Shown: positions 1 through 9,349 of the stretch, one piece after another
How positions within the stretch are numbered: the first letter of the stretch is position 1
How the letters are laid out: each line of letters opens with the position of its first letter
Assembly: GCA_964016885.1 (NCBI GenBank)
Contig: OZ024754.1
Coordinates: forward strand, 14,322,001 to 14,386,000
Source: Eledone cirrhosa
Taxonomy: Eukaryota
Direction of reading: 5' to 3'
DNA: 64,000 bases
Made by a program: the position numbers and the translations under genes
The notes under the pieces: model-generated
Database searches by the model: none
Seen by the model: only the letters and a program-made list of their open reading frames with translations
Told to the model about the DNA's origin: nothing

Positions 1-152
1 GTTGTGACGTATGTTACACCACAGACAGGAAGTGTCTATAGTAGCCATGCGCAGACTCGTTTACAGACATTGATGGTTACGTACTTATTCGTCTAAATTC
101 ATTTGTGTACCCTAGTATTTAGCCATACTGATGTTTCCATTCTACTTTGTGA

Positions 153-345
153 AGGCAGCGAATTAGTAGAGTCGTTAGAACGTCAGAAAGAATGTTTTGC
201 GGTATTTGTTTCGGCTCTCTGAGCTCTGAGTTTAGTCGATAATTAGATTATTAGCCTCGGGCGGTGGATTGGTAGAATTTTTAGTGTCGGACGATACGTT
301 ATATGTTCTAACTCTTTGAGTTATATGTTCTAACTCTTTGAGTTC
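153..345 (+). mobile_element. Two degenerate tRNA-derived SINE heads (family A)
   Basis: ggcagcgaattagtagagtcgttagaacgtcag and gggcggtggattggtagaat resemble the heads of intact copies (e.g. 28540); includes a 22-bp local duplication ttatatgttctaactctttgag. Confidence 0.5.
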
Positions 346-779
346 TCACGTCAATGTACTCGATGACAAGGATGTCAAGCTATGCTGGCTCTTGTATCTC
401 CCTTGGATAATATCATGTGAATGAAGTAGGAGTAGGAAGACTTGTATTCAAAAGAAACTGTTAGTCTTTTGTAGAAAAAACAACTTCTAGATTTGTGTAT
501 AAAGGCACCTGCACGTCTTATGTAAAGGCAACTGCTAGTCAAGTCAACTGACATACTTATGTATAAAGGCAACTGCACGTCTTATGTAAAAGCAACTATT
601 ATTCTTGATTATAAAGGCTAGTCAAGGTAACAGCGCTCCCATGAATCAAGATTCTTGTACAGATCTGCGCCTTGGAGAGAAACATTTGTCTGGAAAGAGG
701 AGGGAGGAAACCACAAACCATGGATTGCTGTAGTAGCAAGCAGCAGAATATCAAATTATCGTCATACTGGAGATCAGAT

Positions 780-1015
780 CTGAATATTTGTAACAAGGTA
801 GACACCACTGAAGCTATCCATGAACCTCATGGAAGTGTTAAACCGCGTGTCAGATTAAGTTTGCAACAATCAATTCAACAGTCTATTGCGCAGGTGCTGT
901 TGACCAAATTTCATTCACAAAATGCTAGCGTCAACATGAAGCTATGGTAAAAGAAATATGACGTTAGGAACGAAAATGAAATCATGCTATTGCAAAGCAA
1001 ACGTCTTAACCACAT
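780..1015 (-). mobile_element. Degenerate SINE family B copy (unexpanded relative of the satellite-bearing SINE)
   Basis: accaaatttcattcacaa...gtcaacatgaagctatggtaaa (~903-952) matches accaaatttcattgacaa...gtcgacatgaagctgtggtaaa at ~60238-60284. Confidence 0.55.
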
Positions 1016-1448
1016 CTTTATGTCTGCACCGCTTCCCATCCTAAATGAAGTTTGTTATGCAATCGGCTTCTTCTATAAATAGAGTATCAGTATCTCAAGT
1101 AGGACATGGTACTCGACTCCAATGAGTGCCGATGGCGTTGAGTGTTATTCGATGTAATGTTTGTTCATTTTTTTTATGGTTTCTTTGAGCAAAGTATGTT
1201 AAACTGTGCACGATACTTTTTTTACACTGACAGAAAGAAAAGAGATTTTGTTCAAGCTGTCGAGTGTACGTAAACCTGGGAAATATGGACATAATTTGGC
1301 ATGAATCTCAATGCTATTAAAAACTATATTGGCATTCGAAATATTGTTAGAATTGCATGAATGAAACACTTAGCTATTTTAAAGTTTTATGAAATTTACA
1401 GTTGTTGCACCTGTTTCCAGTAAACGCGTTTATTATTTAGTGTTGCAA

Positions 1449-2093
1449 GGGAGGTGAATTGGCAGAATCGTTAGAGCATCGGCCAACTTGCTTTGTGGCA
1501 TACAATTACGGCTCTTTACGTTTTGAGTTCAAACCCAGCCGACATTAGCTTTGATTTTCATCCTTACAGGGTCGATAAATTAAGCACCAGTAATGCACTG
1601 GAGTCGATGTAATCGATTGCCTCTCCCCCAAAATTGCTGGCCTTGTGCCTAAAGTAGAAACAATTATTCTCCAGTGTTGGTAGAGCGTCGGACAACATGC
1701 TTTGTGGCATAGAGTTACGCGTCTTTACGTTCTGAGTTCAAATCACGCCGTGGTTAGCTTTGCCTTTCAACCATATGGGGTAGATAAAATAAAGTACCAG
1801 TAACGCACTGAGGTCAATTTAATCGTCTTTAATCTCCCCCGAAGCTGTTGACCTTGTGCCTAAATCAGAAACAATTATTATTATATGCGAGGTGGTGGAT
1901 TGGCAGTATCGGTAGAGGGTCGGATGCCATGCTTTGACACATGGAGTTACGGCCCTTGCCATTCTGAGTTCAAATCCCGCCGAGGTTAACTTTGCCTTTC
2001 ATCCTTACGGGGTCGATAAAATAAAGTACCAGTAATACACTGGGTAATTTCTGGCCTTGTGCCTAACGTAGAAACAATTATTATTATATGCGA
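1449..2093 (+). mobile_element. Three head-to-tail tRNA-derived SINEs (family A)
   Basis: Each has a B-box-like gagttcaaatccc, the central tttcatccttacggggtcgataaa domain and the tail ggccttgtgcctaaagtagaaacaattatt; third copy flanked by TSD attattattatatgcga (1874-1890, 2077-2093). Confidence 0.9.
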
Positions 2094-2162
2094 ATGTAAT
2101 AAGTGCCAAAGTAATGGAAAATGTGGTCGGGGGTGGGGGTGGGGGGGTCAATTTGGACTTAC

Positions 2163-2356
2163 ATGCAGTCACCACATCCTGAGCACCACATGACCATTCC
2201 AGAACCCTGTTCCATTATTGGCTTAGAGTCAAAAGCAATAAGATTTGTTGTCCCTGAAGAGTATGATGCTGACCCAACTGTTGCTAATTCTGAGACAGTT
2301 CCAACCTTTCGGACCTCACGGACCAATAAATTCTTAATTTTAAATCCCGTGGACCA
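2163..2356 (-). CDS. Candidate internal coding exon of an unidentified gene (WSTGFKIKNLLVREVRKVGTVSELATVGSASYSSGTTNLIAFDSKPIMEQGSGMVMWCSGCGDC)
   Basis: Unique, balanced-composition island. On the - strand it has a T-rich acceptor ...cattcatattAG, a GTAAGT donor (acttac at 2157-2162) and one open frame. A + frame is also open, so the strand is uncertain; no family recognised. Confidence 0.3.
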
Positions 2357-2395
2357 CTAATATGAATGTTTTTAAAAAGATAAATACATTAAAAT

Positions 2396-3537
2396 CATTT
2401 CTCGCTGACCGCCAACATTTTCTCGCTGACTACCAACATTTTCACGCTGACCACCAACATTTTCTCGCTGATCACCAACATTTTCTCGTTGACCACCAAC
2501 ATTTTCACGCTGACCACCAACATTTTCTCGCTGATCACCAACATTTTCTCGTTGACCACCAACATTTTCACGCTGACCACCAACATTTTCACGCTGACCA
2601 CCAACATTTTCTCGCTGACCGCCAACATTTTCTCGCTGATCACCAACATTTTCTCGCTGACCGCCAACATTTTCTCGCTGACCGCCAACATTTTCTCGCT
2701 GATCACCAACATTTTCACGCTGACCAACATTTTCTCGCTGACCGCCAACATTTCCTCGTTGACCACCAACATTTTCTCGCTGATCACCAACATTTTCTCG
2801 CTGACCACCAACATTTTCTCGTTGACCACCAACATTTTCTCGCTGACCGCCAACATTTTCTCGCTGACCGCCAACATTTTCTCGCTGACCATCAACATTT
2901 TCTCGCTGATCACCAACATTTTCTCGCTGACCACCAACATTTTCTCGCTTACCGCCAACATTTTCTCGCTGACCACCAACATTTTCTCGTTGACCACCAA
3001 CATTTTCTCGCTGACCGCCAACATTTTCTCGCTGACCGCCAACATTTTCTCGCTGACCATCAACATTTTCTCGCTGATCACCAACATTTTCTCGCTGACC
3101 ACCAACATTTTCTCGCTGACCACCAACATTTTCTCGCTGACCGCCAACATTTTCTCGCTGACCGCCAACATTTTCTCGCTGACCATCAACATTTTCTCGC
3201 TGATCACCAACATTTTCTCGCTGACCACCAACATTTTCTCGCTGATCACCAACATTTTCTCGCTGACCACCAACATTTTCTCGCTGACCACCAACATTTT
3301 ATCGCTGACCACCAACATTTTCTCGCTGACCGCCAACATTTTCTCGTTGACCACCAACATTTTCTCGCTGACCACCAACATTTTTACGCTGACCAACATT
3401 TTCTCGCTGACCACCAACATTTTCTCGTTGACCACCAACATTTTCTCGCTGACCACCAACATTTTCTCGCTGACCACCAACATTTTCTCGCTTACCGCCA
3501 ACATTTTCTCGCTGACCACCAACATTTTCTCGCTGGC
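2396..3537. repeat. 21-bp minisatellite (cattttctcgctgaccaccaa), ~54 copies
   Basis: Direct tandem repetition with occasional 18-bp variant units. Confidence 0.97.
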
Positions 3538-3661
3538 GACCGCTGAACTAGAACAGAGGTGAAAGATGCTGAAGTTCCTCTTCCTACCAGTAACACCCCA
3601 TCCATTGGTGATGATCACGACGAAATAGAGTTAAGGAAGGCTGATAAACTGTTGTATATTT

Positions 3662-3719
<58 letters not shown>

Positions 3720-3849
3720 ATACGTGTGGAAGTGTATATTTGTGCGTGCATATCAGACAGAGAGGGGAGGGGGAGACAGAAACAGAGAGGGTATATATAT
3801 ATATATACAATATATTAATAAATGGAAACTATATTTATAAAACCGTATT

Positions 3850-3915
3850 TATTTTATTATACATATTTCAAGGGCAACCGAGGCAAATTAGGGTGCGCTT
3901 TCATCAGATAAAATA
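3850..3915 (-). ncRNA. Minimal type I hammerhead ribozyme
   Basis: TATTTTAT-CTGATGA-aagcgcacc..ggttgccctt-GAAA-TATGTA-TA-ATAAAATA: stem I pairs, core intact, stem III self-complementary with G:U. Confidence 0.8.
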
Positions 3916-4051
3916 CAGATTTGTTTTATAAATAAATATTGACATATCCGGAAAAAAAAGACAACCTTAACGGGAAGCCCCAACCGTTGAGGTTGTCTTT
4001 TTTTCCGGGTATGTCAATATTTATTTATAAAACAAATCTGTATTTTATCTG

Positions 4052-4116
4052 ATTTTATCTGATGGAAGCGCACCATAATTGGCCTTGGTTGCCCTTGAAA
4101 TATGTATAATAAAATA
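4052..4116 (+). ncRNA. Hammerhead ribozyme, mirror copy with A9G core mutation
   Basis: attttat-CTGATGG-aagcgcacc..ggttgccctt-GAAA-TATGTA-TA-ATAAAATA. Confidence 0.65.
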
Positions 4117-4248
4117 AATATGGTTTTATAAATATAATTTCCATTTATTAATATATTGTGTATTTACTCCACTAAGCTGTTGAGTGCTTTATATCAGTTA
4201 TAACATTTTTTTAAGCTTGTTGAATCCAAACAAATTAAATATAACCTC

Positions 4249-4314
<66 letters not shown>

Positions 4315-4880
4315 CAGAGAGAGAGAGAGACAGAGAGAGAGAGGAGGGGTGTATATGTATATGAAATATTTTGTACAAATGGTACGAATTTTCGGCAGGG
4401 GAATAAATTGAGGCGAATATCCAAGCCAAGGTGTCGCCATGAATGAATCAGATAAATACACCGAGTCCATAGACACCTGTAAAAACGAACGGAAACAGAG
4501 AGAGGAAGAGGAGGAGGAGAGAGAAGGAGGAGTGAACGGTGCAATGGGGGAAAGAAGTGTGTGTGTGTGTGTGTGTGTGTATAATATACAAAGGGTGTAC
4601 ATATATGTGTGTCTATTAATTTGTTTATACGGTACGATAATATTGTTTTTGCATTTGTTGTTCTTATTTCATTCGATGTTATTGTTGGTATAAATGTTAT
4701 TTATATATTTATAAATACGAACTCGGTGTTGTGTAATCGGTAGAACGTTTGCCCTAGAGGCGAAAGATAAATACACGGTTTTTAATTCTGTCCAATTCTG
4801 TTTCAATCTTTTGTTGAAGGCTGTTAACTTAGTAGAATCGGTAGAGTAACAGGTTTGTAAGCATTTGGCTACGTTTACTT

Positions 4881-5478
4881 ACGTTCTAACATCAATTTCT
4901 TTGACGTTCTAGGCTCAATTTCTTTGACGTTCTAAGATCAATTTCTTTGACGTTCTCAGATCAATCCCTTTGACATTCTAAGATCAATTTCTTTGACGTT
5001 CTCAGATCAATTCTTTGGACGTTCTAAGATCAATTTCTTTGACGTTCTAAGCTCAATTCCTTTGACGTTCTCAGATCAATTCCTTTGACGTTCTAAGATC
5101 AATTTCTTTGACATTCTCAGATCAATTCCTTTGACGTTCTAAGATCAATTTCTTTGACGTTCTAAGATCAATTTCTTTGACGTTCTAAGCTCAATTTCTT
5201 TGACGTTCTCAGATCAATTCCTTTGACGTTCTAAGATCAATTTCTTTGACGTTCTCAGATCAATTCCTTTGACGTTCTCAGATCAATTCCTTTGACGTTC
5301 TAAGATCAATTTCTTTGACGTTCTAAGCTCAATTCCTTTGACGTTCTAAGCTCAATTCCTTTGACGTTCTCAGATCAATTTCTTTGACGTTCTAAGCTCA
5401 ATTTCTTTGACGTTCTAAGATCAATTTCTTTGACGTTCTAAGATCAATTTCTTTGATGTTCTAAGATCAATTTCTTTG
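4881..5478. repeat. 23-bp minisatellite (acgttctaagatcaatttctttg), ~26 copies, inside a degenerate family A SINE
   Basis: Tandem repetition; preceded by a SINE-like head (agtagaatcggtagag) and followed by ttgctattcattcctcgatcgatcgataag, similar to the SINE central domain. Confidence 0.92.
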
Positions 5479-5624
5479 CTATTCATTCCTCGATCGATCG
5501 ATAAGTTCCGAGACTTCATTCGCTTATTGAGTGGGGTGGAACTCATCAAATCTGTCCAAGAAAACAATGTTCCTATTGGTCTTTCCATTGCTGATACCAT
5601 CTACTATCTACTGACTGCAACTCC

Positions 5625-5750
5625 TGGCAGAGAGAGCATCAGGAAATAAAGTGTCTTGCTGAAGGACATAACGCATCGCTTTGTTCGGGAATTGAACTCG
5701 CAACTGTGAGTTTGCGAATCCAATTCTCTACGAACTAAGCCACGCACCTT
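5625..5750 (-). mobile_element. tRNA-derived SINE fragment
   Basis: Reverse reads ggtgcgtggcttagttcgtag...gagttcaattcccg (A and B boxes) ...tccttcagcaagacacttt. Confidence 0.6.
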
Positions 5751-5840
5751 TACTATTCATTTCTAGAAGACACCCAAGTGAGACCATGTAGTTGTGATAT
5801 GAACTTGTGAACCACATCACCAATCTTAGGTGATGTAGTC

Positions 5841-6998
5841 ATGGTATAGTATGGTATGGTATAGTATGGTATGGTATAGTATGGTATAGTATGGTATGGC
5901 ATGGTATGGTATGGTATGGTATAGTATGGTATGGTATAGTATGGTATGGTATAGTATGGTATAGTATGGTATGGTATAGTATGGTATGGTATAGTATGGT
6001 ATGGCATGGTATAGTATGGTATGGTATAGTATGATATGGCATGGTATAGTATGGTATGGTATAGTATGGTATGGTATAGTATGGTATGGTATAGTATGGT
6101 ATGGTATAGTATGGTATGGCATGGTATAATATGGTATGGTATAGTATGGTATAGTATGGTATGGTATGGTATAGTATGGTATGGTATAGTATGATATGGT
6201 ATGGTATGGTATGGAATGGTATGATATGGCATGGTATAGTATGGTATAGTATGGTATGGTATAGTATGGTATGGCATGGTATAATATGGTATGGTATGGT
6301 ATAGTATGGTATGGTATGGTATGGTATAGTATAGTATGGTATAGTATGATATGGCATGGTATAGTATGGTATGGTATAGTATGGTATGGTATAGTATGGT
6401 ATGGCATGGCATGGTATAATATGGTATGGTATAGTATGGTATGGTATAGTATGGTATGGTATGGTATGGTATAGTATGGTATATTATGGTATAGTATGAT
6501 ATGGTATAGTATGGTATGGTATAGTATGGTATGTTATGGTATGGTATAGTATGGTATGGTATGTTATGGTATGGTATGGTATGGTATAGTATGGTATAGT
6601 ATGGTATGGTATGGTATGGTATGGTATGGTATGTTATGGTATGGTATGGTATGGTATAGTATGGTATAGTATGGTATGGTATAGTATGGTATAGTATGGT
6701 ATGGTATGGTATAGTATGGTATGGTATAGTATGGTATGACATGGTATAATATGGTATGGTATGGTATGGTATAGTATGGTATGGTATGGTATGGTATGGT
6801 ATGGTATGGTATGGTATGGTATGGTATAGTATGGTATAATATGGTATGGTATAGTATGGTATGGTATGGTATGGCATGGTATAATATGGTATGGTATAGT
6901 ATGGTATAATATGGTATGGTATAGTATGGTATAGTATGGTATGGTATGGTATAGTATAGTATAGTTTGGTATGGTATGGTATAGTATAGTATGGTATG
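5841..6998. repeat. (ATGGT/ATAGT)n pentanucleotide array
   Basis: About 230 tandem pentamers. Confidence 0.97.
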
Positions 6999-7019
6999 GA
7001 CCCCTAACTCCTAAGGGAG

Positions 7020-7607
7020 TCGTAGGGGCACCATATTGACATTTCTTGGACATTTTTAATACCTGGCAAAGCCCATCCCCTCTCCAGGCCTGAATAGAGC
7101 AGATTTCTTCCAGAGAATGATAGAGAGAGTGAGAGAAAGAAAGCGAAAAAGAGATATAGAGGAAGAATCGTCCCCAGTAGTTGGCTGGTACTTTTTTTAT
7201 CGTCCATAAATGGATAAAAGGCAAAGTTGAGCTGAACGGGATTTGAACCCAGAGTTCAGAGAGCCAAAATGAATACAACAAAGCATTCTATCTGACGTTC
7301 TACCACTCTGCCAATTGACCGCCTCATAGATGGACCTGTAACTCCCCATCGGGTTGTTGGTCATTTTAAAACCTGGCGGATCCCATTCAATCCCCAGACC
7401 TGAACACAACTAATTTCTTCAAGAGGAGAAAGATTATAAAAGAGAGGAAGCGCGAAAAAATTGACCATAGAAATGAACTGGAACATTTTTTCTTATCGAA
7501 CTCCAAAGTTGACCTCGACTGGGGTTTGAACTCAAAGCTCTCAGAAAACCGGAACTATTACTACAAGGTATTCTATCCAACGTTCTGACGTCACTGCCAA
7601 TTCAGCA
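7020..7607 (-). mobile_element. Two older family A SINEs with an alternative long 3' tail
   Basis: Heads at ~7200-7325 and ~7490-7607; the shared tail segment ttaaaacctggcgg..cagacctgaacacaac..ttcttc recurs at ~7050, ~7365, ~16980 and ~21870. Confidence 0.7.
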
Positions 7608-7617
7608 ACACATCTTC

Positions 7618-8620
7618 AATATAATTGTTTCTACTATTGGCACAAGGCCAGCAATTATCCAGTGTATTACTGGTACTTTATTTTAATATAATTGTTTCTA
7701 CTTTTGCCACAAGGCCAGCAATTATCCCAGTGTATTACTGGTACTTTATTTTAATATAATTGTTTCTACTATTGGCACAAGGTCAGAAATTATCCCAGTG
7801 TATTACTGGTACTTTATTTTAATATAATTGTTTCTACTTTTGGCACAAGGCCAGCAATTATCCCAGTGTATTACTGGTACTTTATTTTAATATAATTGTT
7901 TCTACTATTGCCACAAGGCCAGCAATTATCCCAGTGTATTACTGGTACTTTATTTTAATATAATTGTTTCTACTTTTGGCACAAGGCCAGCAATTATCCC
8001 AGTGTATTACTGGTACTTTATTTTAATATAATTGTTTCTACTATTGGCACAAGGCCAGCAATTATCCCAGTGTATTACTGGTACTTTATTTTAATATAAT
8101 TGTTTCTACTATTGCCACAAGGCCAGCAATTACCCCACTGTATTACTGGTACTTTATTTTAATATAATTGTTTCTACTATTGCCACAAGGCCAGCAATTA
8201 TCCCAGTGTATTACTGGTACTTTATTTTAATATAATTGTTTCTACTATTGGCACAAGGCCAGAAATTATCCCAGTGTATTACTGGTACTTTATTTTAATA
8301 TAATTGTTTCTACTATTGGCACAAGGCCAGCAATTATCCCAGTGTATTACTGGTACTTTATTTTAATATAATTGTTTCTACTATTGCCACAAGGCCAGCA
8401 ATTACCCCACTGTATTACTGGTACTTTATTTTAATATAATTGTTTCTACTATTGGTACAAGGCCAGCAATTACCCAATACATTACTGGTACTTTATTTTA
8501 TCGACCTCCGTAAGGATGAAAGGCAAAGTTAACCAGGGCGAGATTTGAACTCAGAACGCAAAGAAACGTAACTATGCCGTGAAGCATGGTGTCCAGCGCT
8601 CTACCAATTCTGTCAATCCA
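7618..8620 (-). mobile_element. Family A SINE whose 68-bp 3' tail is tandemly repeated 13 times
   Basis: Units start at 7618, 7685, 7753 and so on to 8433; the last unit runs into the SINE body (tcgacctccgtaaggatgaaaggc, B box) ending ~8620. Confidence 0.93.
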
Positions 8621-8625
8621 TATAA

Positions 8626-9044
8626 CGTGTGTTTATATGTGTAGATGTGTGGGTATATGTGTGTCTATATATGTAGCTGAGTGCGTTTGTGTGTGTGTGA
8701 GTGGGTGCGTGTGTATGTGTGTAGGTGAGTGTATGTATGTGCGTGTGTATGAGTGTAGTGTGTGTAGGTGTGTGTATGTGTGTAGATGTGTGTGTGTAGG
8801 TGAGTGTGTGTGTGTGTATGTGTATGTGCGTGTGTGTTTGTGTGTGTGTGTACACGTGGTGTTTATTATTTACTCAAGGAAGTAGACATAGAAAACAATT
8901 GGTGACGTATTGCCAAAAAACCAATTAAGAAAGTCCAACATGGCGGCAGTGTGACGTCAGAGCAGGCCTGAATACAATTGCTGTAACACACATTGTATAC
9001 TTTACCTTGGTGTGTGTGTGTCTGTGTGTCTGTGTGTCTGTGTG

Positions 9045-9104
<60 letters not shown>

Positions 9105-9300
9105 TGTGTGTGTGAGAGTGTGAGTGTGTGTGTGAGTGAGTTTGTGTGAGTGTGTGAGTGTGTGTGTGTGTGTGTGTGAGGGTGTGTGTGTGAGTGTGTG
9201 TGTGTGTGAGTGTGTGTGTGAGCGCGTATGTGTGAGCGTGTGTGTCTGTGAGTGTGACTGAGTGTGTGTGTGTGTGTGTGTATCAGTGCGTGTGTATGTG
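8626..9300. repeat. Degenerate (TG)n tracts around a short unique island (8880-9005)
   Basis: Direct observation. Confidence 0.9.
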
Positions 9301-9349
9301 AGAGAATATTTAGTGTTTTAAGTACACAATGTTTTGTTTCAGTTTCTTT

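Larger units (their letters stand above)
3806..4250 (+). mobile_element. Penelope-like pseudo-LTR palindrome (arms ~170 bp, centre ~3977) with 3' extension
   Basis: 3806-3972 is the reverse complement of ~3983-4159; each arm holds an HHR; flanked by (TA)n. Confidence 0.75.

Noticed and set aside
2362-3618. His-rich 394-aa ORF (ADHQHFL)n and overlapping ORFs
   Set aside because: Translation of a 21-bp minisatellite that is open in several frames on both strands, with no non-repetitive domain
3545-3650. - strand exon with an in-frame TGA, read as selenocysteine or A-to-I recoding
   Set aside because: No good donor site, no SECIS seen, and the + frame is open; the idea is unsupported
5841-6998. 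Telomeric repeat
   Set aside because: The unit is ATGGT/ATAGT, not TTAGGG or TTAGG, and the array is heterogeneous and interstitial
7062-7398. Two apparent 27-nt micro-exons on the - strand (ttcAG..CCAG|GT)
   Set aside because: They lie in homologous SINE tail segments that recur at ~16980 and ~21870
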